DNA of 63,166 nt, counting the filler. It is 5 parts of 5 records of this genome, joined end to end, with 100 filler letters (N's around TTAATTAATTAA, not from the genome) between each part and the next. Parts side by side here need not be neighbours in the genome. Positions count along the whole stretch, not along the records: positions 21,283 to 43,326 come from DRR723986_8941; 4 more parts are not named here. One strand, given 5' to 3'. The notes beneath the pieces were generated by a model. It was not told the DNA's origin. It saw only the letters and a program-made list of their open reading frames with translations, and made no database searches. A program made the position numbers and the translations under genes. Shown here in pieces: positions 28,604-38,004 of this stretch (the stretch's first letter is position 1; the number at the start of each line of letters is the position of its first letter).

Positions 28604-29203
28604 ATGCAAAAAGCAAAATCAATTCTCGCAATAGGACTTTTGGTAGTCTTATTGAATTCCTGTGTGTATTCACTTTTTCCTATTTACACAGATGATACGC
28701 TAGTATATTTCCCGGAATTATTAGGTCGGTGGGAAATGGATGATGTAGACTATATAGAATTTAGTAATACTTCTTCCGGACCCAGTTTTTTTGGTTCATC
28801 AGAATCTACAGACTTATCTAAAAATAAAGAATACGCTATTGAGATTATGGAAGGTGGGGATTTAATTAAATTCAAAGGCCATATTGCCAAAATAGGGGAC
28901 GACTTATTTCTAGACTTGTATCCTGACGATCCTTATTCAGCTGAGGGTTTAGGTTCTAACATGATTCCAGTTCATACTTTTGCTAAATTGAAATTCAGCG
29001 GTATGCAACTATACCTGACTTCATTTGATTTGGAAAAATTGAACAAGCTTTTTGAAAGCAATCTGATCCGATTGAGACATGAAAATGTGGACGGAACGAT
29101 CCTAATTACTGCTCAGCCTAAGGAAATTCAGAAATTTATCGACAAATATTCTGAGGACGAGTCGGTGTTTGAGGATACGGAGACTTACAAGAAAGCCAGC
29201 TAA
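28604..29203 (+). CDS. Hypothetical lipoprotein
   Basis: Lipobox LLNS-C after a hydrophobic leader; first gene of a three-gene operon. Confidence 0.75.
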   Translation: MQKAKSILAIGLLVVLLNSCVYSLFPIYTDDTLVYFPELLGRWEMDDVDYIEFSNTSSGPSFFGSSESTDLSKNKEYAIEIMEGGDLIKFKGHIAKIGDDLFLDLYPDDPYSAEGLGSNMIPVHTFAKLKFSGMQLYLTSFDLEKLNKLFESNLIRLRHENVDGTILITAQPKEIQKFIDKYSEDESVFEDTETYKKAS

Positions 29204-29212
29204 TCAGTATTT

Positions 29213-30214
29213 ATGATCAAGCTCATCAACTCAAAATGGTTTCAGCATCCGGTTTTTTGGATGCTTTCCATTTATGCGATCGGAAATTATTTTTCGATAT
29301 CGAGTGTCTTCAAGTTCATAGATGTTTTTTATGCCTTGCTTTTCCATGTTCCTCTGTTCTTTCTAGTTTATTACAATTTAAGAGTACTGATTCCTAGGTT
29401 TCTCGACCAAGGAAAATACCTGCTTTACTTTTTGAGCATTCCGTTGCTTTTATTGGCGACGTATGTGATTCATGAACTCACGTTTGAGGTAATGTTTCCG
29501 CTTTTAGATTCTGAGTTCTATATGGTTTCCTTCACAGAGTGGCAGGTTTTAGTGAGTATTTTCTTGATTTATCTGATCTTGACTACGCTTATCAAATTGT
29601 CAAAATCCTGGTACACACTGCAGCAAGTTGAAAAGGAGAAATTGTCTCTTGAACTCAATTCGCTGAAAACTCAGATTAACCCTCACTTTCTGTTTAATAG
29701 CCTGAATAGCATTTATTCTCAGGCTTTAGCCAAAAGCGATCAGACTTCTGAAACAGTTTTGGAGCTTTCAAATTTGCTTCGATACATGCTTTATGAAGTG
29801 GAGGAGGATAAAGTGCCTTTGGTGAAAGAAGTGGAAATGCTGGAAAATTACATCGAGTTGCAAAAACTCAGATTGGAAGAGGGATCCAAAGTCGGGTTTA
29901 CAATTGAAGGTGATTTGGACCGTGTGATGATTGCACCGCTGTTGTTATTTCCTTTAGTGGAAAATGCTTTCAAACATGGAATGAAAGATGATTCTGAACA
30001 GGCATTTATAGAAATCAAGCTGAAGGTAAATACAGGTATCTCTTTTTCGATCAGGAATAAATTGGGTCTGATCGATGATATGGAGAAAGGGAAATATGGA
30101 GGAATTGGTCTTGAAAATGTGAAAAGAAGGTTAGAGCTTATTTATCCAAAATCTCATGAGTTTGAGATTTTAAAAACCAAATCCGAATTTCGAGTTAATT
30201 TGACACTTATATGA
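29213..30214 (+). CDS. LytS/YehU-type sensor histidine kinase
   Basis: N-terminal TM segments; LKTQINPHFLFNSLNSIY, LVENAFKHG, GIGLENVKRRL. Confidence 0.95.
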   Translation: MIKLINSKWFQHPVFWMLSIYAIGNYFSISSVFKFIDVFYALLFHVPLFFLVYYNLRVLIPRFLDQGKYLLYFLSIPLLLLATYVIHELTFEVMFPLLDSEFYMVSFTEWQVLVSIFLIYLILTTLIKLSKSWYTLQQVEKEKLSLELNSLKTQINPHFLFNSLNSIYSQALAKSDQTSETVLELSNLLRYMLYEVEEDKVPLVKEVEMLENYIELQKLRLEEGSKVGFTIEGDLDRVMIAPLLLFPLVENAFKHGMKDDSEQAFIEIKLKVNTGISFSIRNKLGLIDDMEKGKYGGIGLENVKRRLELIYPKSHEFEILKTKSEFRVNLTLI

Positions 30215-30885
30215 TCCGATGTGCAATCATAGATGACGAACCGCTCAGCCGGGATGTTTTGAGACAATTCATTTCTGATCATCCAGATCTAATCCTTGCT
30301 GGGGAGTACAAAGATGCATTGGAGTCAATCTCAGGAATTGAGTCAAATCCCGTTGACTTGCTCCTGCTGGATATCAATCTTCCTAAGCTTTCTGGTATCA
30401 ATTTTTATAAAAGCTTATCGCTTAAGCCTCTGGTGATATTTACTACAGCATATCCGGAATTTGCATTGAATGGCTTTGAGCTTAATGCTGTCGATTACCT
30501 AATGAAGCCAATTCCTTTTGATCGCTTTTTACAAGCTATTCAGAAAGTAAAAGAAAGACTGAAGACTCAGCAGGATTCTCCAGAGTTTATTATGCTGAAG
30601 GTGGATAAGAAGCTCTACCGAACCGCTTTTGAGGATATATTATTTTTTGAGGCTTTTGGAGATTATGCTAAAGTGTATTTGGAAAATCAGGTGTTGATCA
30701 TTACTTCGACGATGAAGAAAATGGAGGCTGAATTACCTAAGGAGCTTTTCGTTCGAACACACAAATCCTTTATCATTAACACTTCCAAAGTGGAATTTAT
30801 CGAAGGGAATCAGATAAAAATTGGGAGTAAAATGATACCTATTGGTATGCGGTACCGTGAGAATCTGCTGAAGCAATTGAATTGA
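30211..30885 (+). CDS. LytTR-family response regulator
   Basis: IDDEP, LLDINLP, DYLMKP receiver motifs; FVRTHKSFIIN LytTR motif; ATGA overlap. Confidence 0.95.
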   Translation: MIRCAIIDDEPLSRDVLRQFISDHPDLILAGEYKDALESISGIESNPVDLLLLDINLPKLSGINFYKSLSLKPLVIFTTAYPEFALNGFELNAVDYLMKPIPFDRFLQAIQKVKERLKTQQDSPEFIMLKVDKKLYRTAFEDILFFEAFGDYAKVYLENQVLIITSTMKKMEAELPKELFVRTHKSFIINTSKVEFIEGNQIKIGSKMIPIGMRYRENLLKQLN

Positions 30886-30904
30886 GGTATACATAATCAC
30901 TGTT

Positions 30905-30928
30905 ATGCTGCTTCTCCAGAAGCAGCAT
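30905..30928. terminator. Perfect hairpin after the LytTR gene
   Basis: ATGCTGCTTCT-CC-AGAAGCAGCAT followed by TT. Confidence 0.5.
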
Positions 30929-31251
30929 TTAAAAAATAATCCTATTTGAAATAGGTGTTTATTTATACCGAAAGGTTATTGTTCCTGACAAAGTTGGTCT
31001 TCACAAATTCAATTACGAATACAAATTCCGGAGAAATGCTTTGATCTACTTCTTAATGATAGGAGGTGTTATTATGGTAGTGAGAGAATTGATCTTATGG
31101 ATTTGGTTTTAGTTTAATGTTCAATTTATGCGATATTTTGCCTTTACTTCGCGCTTTCTTCGCGGTCTTAGCGGCTAAAAACAATCCATCCTCAAACTCA
31201 TTTTTGCCCTTTCAGCCTATCTACCTAATTTAGCATTCTAAAATCACCCGA

Positions 31252-32415
31252 ATGCAATTGATCGAAGTCACCACGCCAGCCCATCAAAAAGAGTTTATCG
31301 AGATGGCTGTGAGGTTATATAAAAATGAAAAAAACTGGATTAGGCCGCTGGATGCTGATATCGAAGGACTTTTTCATCCCGAAACCAATAAGCTTTTTCG
31401 GAATGGAGCCAAAGCCAAGCGCTGGCTTTTGCAGAATGATAAAGGAGAAACCATCGGTCGCGTAGCTGCATTCATCAATCCTAAGATGAAGGAAAAACAA
31501 CCTACAGGAGGTTTGGGCTTCTTTGAATGTATTGACGATCAGGAAGCTGCATTTTTACTTTTTGATACGGCAAAAGCCTGGCTGGAAAGCGAAGGAATGG
31601 AAGCCATGGATGGACCTATCAATTTTGGAGAGCGCGACAAATGGTGGGGATTGCTCGTGGATGGATTCACAGAGCCGAATTACAATATGCCGTGGAACTT
31701 CAAATACTACCAAAAGTTCTTCGAGGATTACGGTTTCCAGATTTACTTCAAGCAGTTTACCTACGCGAGAAATGTTCAGGGCTTAGGCTTTGATGAGAAA
31801 ATGATAGCCAGAGCGAAGGTGGTCATGGATAATCCTGACTATGAATTCCATTACCTGAAAGGAAAGGAGCTGACGGAAAAGGCGCCGGAATACTTTATGA
31901 CCGTCTATAATAAGGCTTGGGCTAGGCACATGGGGAAATCACTTGCGCTAAAAGAAGCACAAATGATGTTTGCCAAGATGAAACCGATCATTGACGAAAA
32001 GCTGATTTACTTTGGGTTTTATAAAGGCGAGCCCGTTTCCTTCTTTATTCAGATTCCGGAAATCAACCAGATCTTCAAGCATGTGAATGGCAAAATGGAC
32101 TTGATCGGTAAACTCAAATTCCTTTGGTACAAAACCTTCTCACCTCCCAACAAAATGCTTGGTCTGGTGTTTGGAGTAGTGCCTGAGCATCAGGGAAAAG
32201 GGGTGGAGAGTGCGATGATCATCACCTACGACAAGATGAGCGGCAAGCCTGATTTTCAATACAAAACTATTGAGATGAACTGGATTGGCGATTTCAATCC
32301 AAAGATGATGCGTGTTTGCGAACAGCTTTTGGCAGATATTTACAAGACTCATCATACCTACCGATACTTATTTGATCGAGAAAAGCCATTTGAAAGACAC
32401 CGGATATTTGATTGA
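31252..32415 (+). CDS. YghO-like GNAT-fold protein (family including bacterial ceramide synthase)
   Basis: LY....NWIRPL, GRVAAFI, GFFECIDD, GPINF...GLLVDGF, GVVPEHQGKGV motifs. Confidence 0.65.
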   Translation: MQLIEVTTPAHQKEFIEMAVRLYKNEKNWIRPLDADIEGLFHPETNKLFRNGAKAKRWLLQNDKGETIGRVAAFINPKMKEKQPTGGLGFFECIDDQEAAFLLFDTAKAWLESEGMEAMDGPINFGERDKWWGLLVDGFTEPNYNMPWNFKYYQKFFEDYGFQIYFKQFTYARNVQGLGFDEKMIARAKVVMDNPDYEFHYLKGKELTEKAPEYFMTVYNKAWARHMGKSLALKEAQMMFAKMKPIIDEKLIYFGFYKGEPVSFFIQIPEINQIFKHVNGKMDLIGKLKFLWYKTFSPPNKMLGLVFGVVPEHQGKGVESAMIITYDKMSGKPDFQYKTIEMNWIGDFNPKMMRVCEQLLADIYKTHHTYRYLFDREKPFERHRIFD

Positions 32416-32622
32416 CCTTTGCCATTTACGATTTGAGATTTATGATTTACGAGATCTTTTTATGCTATTGAGATATTCTCCCAATTAGCCTTTGAAGTCT
32501 CTTTAAGCCTAATCTTTTAACAGTAATTTCGAATGAAGAATGTTGAATATCGAAGTATCGATAACCACTGAAATCAATTTTCCAATATTTCAATTTTAAA
32601 ATTTTCCAATACAGAATAAAAA

Positions 32623-33618
32623 ATGAAAAAATACGACGTAACAGGCATAGGGAATGCCTTAGTAGATATAGAATTCAAAGTAAAAGATCAGTTTTTTGCT
32701 GACAATGGCGTGGAGAAAGGGCTCATGACTTTGGTGGATGAGGATCGTCAAAATGCTCTCATGGCGGTGATCAACACCGAAGAAGCAAAGAAGCAATGTG
32801 GAGGTTCAGCAGGAAATACAGTAATCGCTATTTCTCAGTTTGGAGGTAAATCCTACTATTCCTGTAAAGTTGCAAATGATGAACTTGGCCACTTCTATAT
32901 GAATGACATGAAGGATGCGGGTGTCTCTCACAACTTGAATGAAAGCAGTTTGGCGGAAGGTATCACAGGTAAATGCCTAGTAATGGTAACTGAAGACGCT
33001 GAACGTACGATGAATACATTTTTGGGAATCACACAAACCTATTCCACAGGAGATGTAGATGAGTCCGCGATCAAAGATTCTCAATATTTATATATCGAGG
33101 GCTACCTGATCACTTCTGAGAATGGTAAGCAAGCGATGAAGCATGCAAAGAAAATCGCTGAAGATAATGGGGTAAAAGTAGCCTTGACTTTCTCCGATCC
33201 TGCTATGGTGAAGTACTTCAAAGACCCCATGACTGAGGTGATCGGTGCAAGTGTGGATTTACTCTTTGCTAATGAGGAAGAAGCGATGACTTTCACAGGA
33301 AAGGATAATTTGCTTGAAGCCCGTGAGGAATTGAAGAAAGTAGCTAAGCACTTTGTAATCACGCAGGGGAAAAACGGTGCCATGATCTTCGATGGAGATA
33401 CCTTTATTGATATCGAACCTTATGCAACAACCGCGATCGATTCGAACGGAGCAGGAGATATGTTTGCGGGAGCCTTTATGTATGGTATTACAAACGGGCA
33501 CAGTTATGCCTCAAGCGGGAAGCTTGCATCCATGGCGAGTTCGAAAATTGTAAGTCAATTTGGTCCTAGGCTTCAATGGCATGAAGCAAAAGATATTTTA
33601 GCAAGACTAAATCCATAA
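32623..33618 (+). CDS. PfkB-family kinase (adenosine/inosine kinase-like)
   Basis: GIGNALVD, GGSAGNT, FANEEEA, DSNGAGDMFAG. Confidence 0.92.
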   Translation: MKKYDVTGIGNALVDIEFKVKDQFFADNGVEKGLMTLVDEDRQNALMAVINTEEAKKQCGGSAGNTVIAISQFGGKSYYSCKVANDELGHFYMNDMKDAGVSHNLNESSLAEGITGKCLVMVTEDAERTMNTFLGITQTYSTGDVDESAIKDSQYLYIEGYLITSENGKQAMKHAKKIAEDNGVKVALTFSDPAMVKYFKDPMTEVIGASVDLLFANEEEAMTFTGKDNLLEAREELKKVAKHFVITQGKNGAMIFDGDTFIDIEPYATTAIDSNGAGDMFAGAFMYGITNGHSYASSGKLASMASSKIVSQFGPRLQWHEAKDILARLNP

Positions 33619-33659
33619 AATAAGGCCCTGAAAAATGATTATTCAGGGCCTTATTTTTT
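33617..33659 (+). terminator. Intrinsic terminator
   Basis: AAAATAAGGCCCTGAA...TTCAGGGCCTTATTTTTT. Confidence 0.8.
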
Positions 33660-33806
33660 ATTAATATATCTTCCTAAATTTTTAGATTAGAGTTAAATGT
33701 TATTTTTTTAGGGAAATTTAGGATGAATGGTAAACAATAAGTTTGAATTTGTCTTTTAAAGTTACCATTCAAAGATTTTATCAATGAGAATATAATCCAA
33801 CATACA

Positions 33807-35138
33807 ATGATGAGAAAACTTACTGCTTTGGGGTTAGTAGCAGGAATGCTGAGTATTCCTGCTTTTGCTCAAACCAAAATTGAGTTCAAGGAATTTGACT
33901 TGGACAATGGGCTGCATGTGATCATGCACCAGGACAATACCACGCCAATCGTCGTGACATCGGTTCTTTACCATGTAGGATCTAAGAATGAGCAACCGGA
34001 TAGAACTGGATTTGCACACTTTTTTGAGCACTTGATGTTTGAAGGGTCGGAGAATATCGAAAGGGGAGAATACATGAATATTATCCAGTCGCACGGAGGT
34101 ACTTTGAATGCTTACACTTCAAATGACATTACCTATTACTACGAGTCTCTGCCTTCTAATGAGTTAGAGCTGGCGCTTTATATGGAAAGTGAGCGCATGC
34201 TTCATTCCAAAGTAGATCAAACTGGAGTAGAGACGCAGCGTGAGGTAGTAAAAGAGGAGAAACGCCAGAGTTACGACAACAGACCTTATGGTAGTATTTT
34301 AATCGAAACGTTGAAAAGAGCCTATTCTGTTCACCCGTATCGCTGGGCTCCAATAGGTTCGCTTGATGATTTGAATGCGGCTTCTATTGAGGAGTTTCAG
34401 CAGTTTTATAAGGATTTCTATGTACCAAACAATGCTACGTTGACAATAGCTGGAGATATAGACTATGCGAAGACAGAAGAATGGGTGAAGAAATATTTCT
34501 CCGAAATCCCAAAAGGAACTAAGGAGATCTACAGACCTGATATTACAGAACCTAAGAAAACTGCCGAAATCAGGGATATAGTATATGACAATATTCAGAT
34601 TCCAGCAGTGATTCAGGCTTACAATCTTCCACCTAAAACTCACAAGGATTCCTATGCAATGTCTATGCTTTCTACGTATTTGACAGGAGGGAATTCTTCC
34701 TTGATGACCAAGGAGTTGGTAGATAAGCAACAAAAAGCGTTGGCACTTGCTGCAATTCCTCTTGACTTAGAAGATGGAGGTATTTTTATCATGTATGGCA
34801 TCACAAATATGGGAGTAGAACCAAAGGATCTGGAGACAGAAATCGATAAACTGGTGAAACAGGTTCAGGAAGAAGGCATTTCTGACCGAGATTTTGAAAA
34901 GCTACAAAACATCATGGAAAACAATATTGTGAGTGGAAATTCCTCCATGGCGGGTGTAGCAGAGAATCTTGCTGAAGCTCATGTGATCTATGGCAATACG
35001 AATTATGTCAATAAGGTAATGGACGCCTATGGTCAAGTCACCAAGGAAGACCTTCAGAGAGTAGCCAAAGAATATTTGACGTTGGATGGCCGTGTGGTAT
35101 TGTATTATTTACCAAAATCTGCCGAAGCAGCTCAGTAA
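33807..35138 (+). CDS. M16B zinc metallopeptidase, catalytic subunit
   Basis: Signal peptide; inverted zincin HFFEH; NAYTS; ESERM. Confidence 0.95.
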   Translation: MMRKLTALGLVAGMLSIPAFAQTKIEFKEFDLDNGLHVIMHQDNTTPIVVTSVLYHVGSKNEQPDRTGFAHFFEHLMFEGSENIERGEYMNIIQSHGGTLNAYTSNDITYYYESLPSNELELALYMESERMLHSKVDQTGVETQREVVKEEKRQSYDNRPYGSILIETLKRAYSVHPYRWAPIGSLDDLNAASIEEFQQFYKDFYVPNNATLTIAGDIDYAKTEEWVKKYFSEIPKGTKEIYRPDITEPKKTAEIRDIVYDNIQIPAVIQAYNLPPKTHKDSYAMSMLSTYLTGGNSSLMTKELVDKQQKALALAAIPLDLEDGGIFIMYGITNMGVEPKDLETEIDKLVKQVQEEGISDRDFEKLQNIMENNIVSGNSSMAGVAENLAEAHVIYGNTNYVNKVMDAYGQVTKEDLQRVAKEYLTLDGRVVLYYLPKSAEAAQ

Positions 35139-35164
35139 TTGAATCACCTTAAAATCGAAATGAC

Positions 35165-37213
35165 ATGAAGAAAATAACAATATCCTTTGTATTGAGCCTT
35201 TTGGTGTCTATCGTGAGCTTTGCTCAGGTGGACAGAAGCCAGTTTCCAAAAGCAGGGCCAGCACCGGTAATAAAAATTGGCGAAGCAGAGACTTTTACCC
35301 TAGAGAATGGCTTGAAAGTTTTTGTAGTAGAGAATGATAAACTGCCTAGAGTATCCTTCACACTTGTATTTGAAAGAGACCCGATCATGGAAGGAGATAA
35401 AGCTGGGATGACAGGTTTTGTAGGTGAAATGCTTACAGCTGGTACAGCTAACCGTACAAAAGATGAGCTGGATGAGGAAATCGATTTTATCGGTGCATCT
35501 CTAGGGGCATCTTCTACATCTGTTTCTGCTTCTTCTTTGAAAAAACATCAGGACAAAGTTCTTGATTTGATGACTGATGTCCTGTTCAATCCGGTTTTTC
35601 CTCAAGAGGAATTGGATAAGTTGAAGAAGCAATCGATCACTGCTTTGGCAACCAGCAAAGATGAGCCAGGTGCTATTTCCAGCAGACTATCAAATGCGAT
35701 GGTGTATGGAAAAGACCATCCATATGGCGAAGTCCAAACTGAAGAGTCTTTGACAAATGTGACGGTGGAAGATATCAAAACGTATTACGAGACATTTTTC
35801 AAACCAAATGTAGCTTACCTGGCAATTGTCGGAGATATGAGTAAAGCAGAAGCGGAGAAAGTGGTGAAGTCTTATTTCAGTGACTGGGAGCAGGGTGATG
35901 TGCCATCATTTACGTATGCTAAGCCTGCGCCAGCAGATAAGAATATGGTAGCCTTGGTGGATAGAAGTTCATCAGTACAGACGGTAATAGATATTGCCCA
36001 GCCGATTGAGTTGAAAGTTGGCGATGAAGATTATATTCCAAGTAGAGTGCTAAATCAAATTTTTGGTGGAGGTTCTTCTTCCCGCCTTTTCATGAATCTC
36101 CGTGAGGACAAAGGTTATACTTATGGAGCCTATTCCTCTTTTGCTCCAGACAAATTGGTAGGTCAATTCTCTGCCAATGCGTCGGTACGTACAGAAGTGA
36201 CGGATTCTGCAGTGTATGAATTCATCTATGAAATCAATAGACTGGTAAAAGATGGAGTAACGCAGGAAGAATTGGATAAAGCGAAAGCCAACTTGGCAGG
36301 TTCATTTGGAAGATCGCTTGAGAGTCCTTCTACCATAGCAAGTTTTGCATTGAATATCGAGCGTTATGGTCTTCCTAAAGATTACTATGAAACTTACTTG
36401 CAGAAAATGAATGCCCTGACTGTAGCTGATATTAACAAAACAGCTGATGACCTAATTGATCCTTCAAAACTTTACATCACAGCAGTAGGTAATGCCACAG
36501 AGATCAAAGACAAACTGGCGCAGTTTGGAGAGGTGATGATGTTTGACAACATGGGCTTTCCAGCCAAAGAAATGGCTGCTGTGGATGCAGACATGACTTC
36601 TGAAAAAGTGATTGAAAACTACATAGCTGCAATTGGCGGAAAAGCTAAAGCAATTGCTATCAAAGCGGCAAAATTAGAAATGGTGGCCGAAGTGATGGGT
36701 ACTCAGTTAACCATTGAGTTGATTCATGATGATGCCAATATGAGATTTGCCCAAAAGACCCTAGTAGGAGGGAATGTAATGCAGACTTCCGTCGTCAAGG
36801 ATGGTAAAGGTACGGCAAGTGTTCAAGGTCAATCCATGGCTATGACCGATGAGCAAGTTGATGCTGCTAAACTTGGAACCTACTTTATACCAGAATTATA
36901 TTTTGGAACAATGGGGTATACCTTGACGCTAGATGGCATTAAGGATGTAGAAGGAACTCCAGCATATAAGGTAATCGTGGCAACTCCATTAGGGTCATCG
37001 GTAACCAATTACTACTCAGTAGAATCTGGATTGAAAATCAAAAATGAAAACCCAGTTTCAGGAGATACATTTTACAGTGATTATCAAGAGAAAAATGGGG
37101 TCTTGATTCCAATGACCCAAACGATTAAATCAGCAATGATTCCTGTGCCTTTGGAGGCAAAAATCACTAATCTTGAAATTAATCCAGAATTGACTGAAGC
37201 AGATTTTAACTAA
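35165..37213 (+). CDS. M16B peptidase non-catalytic subunit with an extra C-terminal domain
   Basis: No HxxEH; SRLFMNLREDKGYTYG motif; extra ~210-aa C-terminal domain starting VIENYIAAIGG. Confidence 0.9.
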   Translation: MKKITISFVLSLLVSIVSFAQVDRSQFPKAGPAPVIKIGEAETFTLENGLKVFVVENDKLPRVSFTLVFERDPIMEGDKAGMTGFVGEMLTAGTANRTKDELDEEIDFIGASLGASSTSVSASSLKKHQDKVLDLMTDVLFNPVFPQEELDKLKKQSITALATSKDEPGAISSRLSNAMVYGKDHPYGEVQTEESLTNVTVEDIKTYYETFFKPNVAYLAIVGDMSKAEAEKVVKSYFSDWEQGDVPSFTYAKPAPADKNMVALVDRSSSVQTVIDIAQPIELKVGDEDYIPSRVLNQIFGGGSSSRLFMNLREDKGYTYGAYSSFAPDKLVGQFSANASVRTEVTDSAVYEFIYEINRLVKDGVTQEELDKAKANLAGSFGRSLESPSTIASFALNIERYGLPKDYYETYLQKMNALTVADINKTADDLIDPSKLYITAVGNATEIKDKLAQFGEVMMFDNMGFPAKEMAAVDADMTSEKVIENYIAAIGGKAKAIAIKAAKLEMVAEVMGTQLTIELIHDDANMRFAQKTLVGGNVMQTSVVKDGKGTASVQGQSMAMTDEQVDAAKLGTYFIPELYFGTMGYTLTLDGIKDVEGTPAYKVIVATPLGSSVTNYYSVESGLKIKNENPVSGDTFYSDYQEKNGVLIPMTQTIKSAMIPVPLEAKITNLEINPELTEADFN

Positions 37214-37222
37214 ATAAATCAA

Positions 37223-37951
37223 ATGAAAAAGACGATAATAATACTGGCATTTAGCCTATTGGTAGCTCCAATGGCGTCAGAAGCTCATGTGGTAGCCGAA
37301 GAAGGTTCAATCATAGTCAAAGATGAGAATTCGGTCAAAGAAGTGATCGATAACTACATCAAAGCCACAGGTGGAGAATCCAAGATGAAGGCGATTTATA
37401 ACGTGGAAATGAACATGGAAGCCGAAATTCAAGGCATGAAATTGCTCATCCAGGGAATAACTGATCAGAAAAATGAGCGCATGCTAAACGTCACGGAGGT
37501 GAATGGTAATGTAATGTCAAAGACTGTCGTCAAAGACGGAGCTGGTACTGTTTCTGCAATGGGGCAGGAGCAAACGTTGACTGATGAGCAAGTTGCAGCA
37601 GTATTGAAAAACCAGATTTATGCTTTCCGTGAGTTGTATCTAGATGATTTAGGAATCGCTGTTACATTTGAAGGAACGGCTGAAGTGGAAGGTGAGCAAG
37701 CCTATAAGCTGGCGTTTGATGCTGGTGGAGATGGAAACACTACGGAATATTATAGCGTTGCTTCTGGTTTAAAGCTTCAGACTGAATCTCCCGCTGCTGG
37801 GAAAATTGTGTACAAAGATTACAAAGAAGTAGATGGTTTGATGATGCCGATGACAATGGTCATCACCAACAGCATGTTGCCTATGCCTCTTAAAGCTAAT
37901 ATCACATCTATAGAGTTCAACCAAGATTTGGATGACTCGGTGTTCAATTAA
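37223..37951 (+). CDS. Secreted LolA-like fold protein, paralogous to the C-terminal domain of the upstream gene
   Basis: VIDNYIKATGG, VEGEQAYK, YYSVASGLK, YKDYKEVDGLMMP align by eye with the upstream C-terminus. Confidence 0.75.
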   Translation: MKKTIIILAFSLLVAPMASEAHVVAEEGSIIVKDENSVKEVIDNYIKATGGESKMKAIYNVEMNMEAEIQGMKLLIQGITDQKNERMLNVTEVNGNVMSKTVVKDGAGTVSAMGQEQTLTDEQVAAVLKNQIYAFRELYLDDLGIAVTFEGTAEVEGEQAYKLAFDAGGDGNTTEYYSVASGLKLQTESPAAGKIVYKDYKEVDGLMMPMTMVITNSMLPMPLKANITSIEFNQDLDDSVFN

Positions 37952-37972
37952 GAATTGAAATAGTTAGTTAAG

Positions 37973-38001
37973 AAAGGGCTGTCATTGCTGACAGCCCTTT
38001 T
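37973..38001. terminator. Bidirectional intrinsic terminator
   Basis: AAAGGGCTGTCA-TTGC-TGACAGCCCTTTT between convergent genes. Confidence 0.8.
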
Positions 38002-38004
38002 GCT

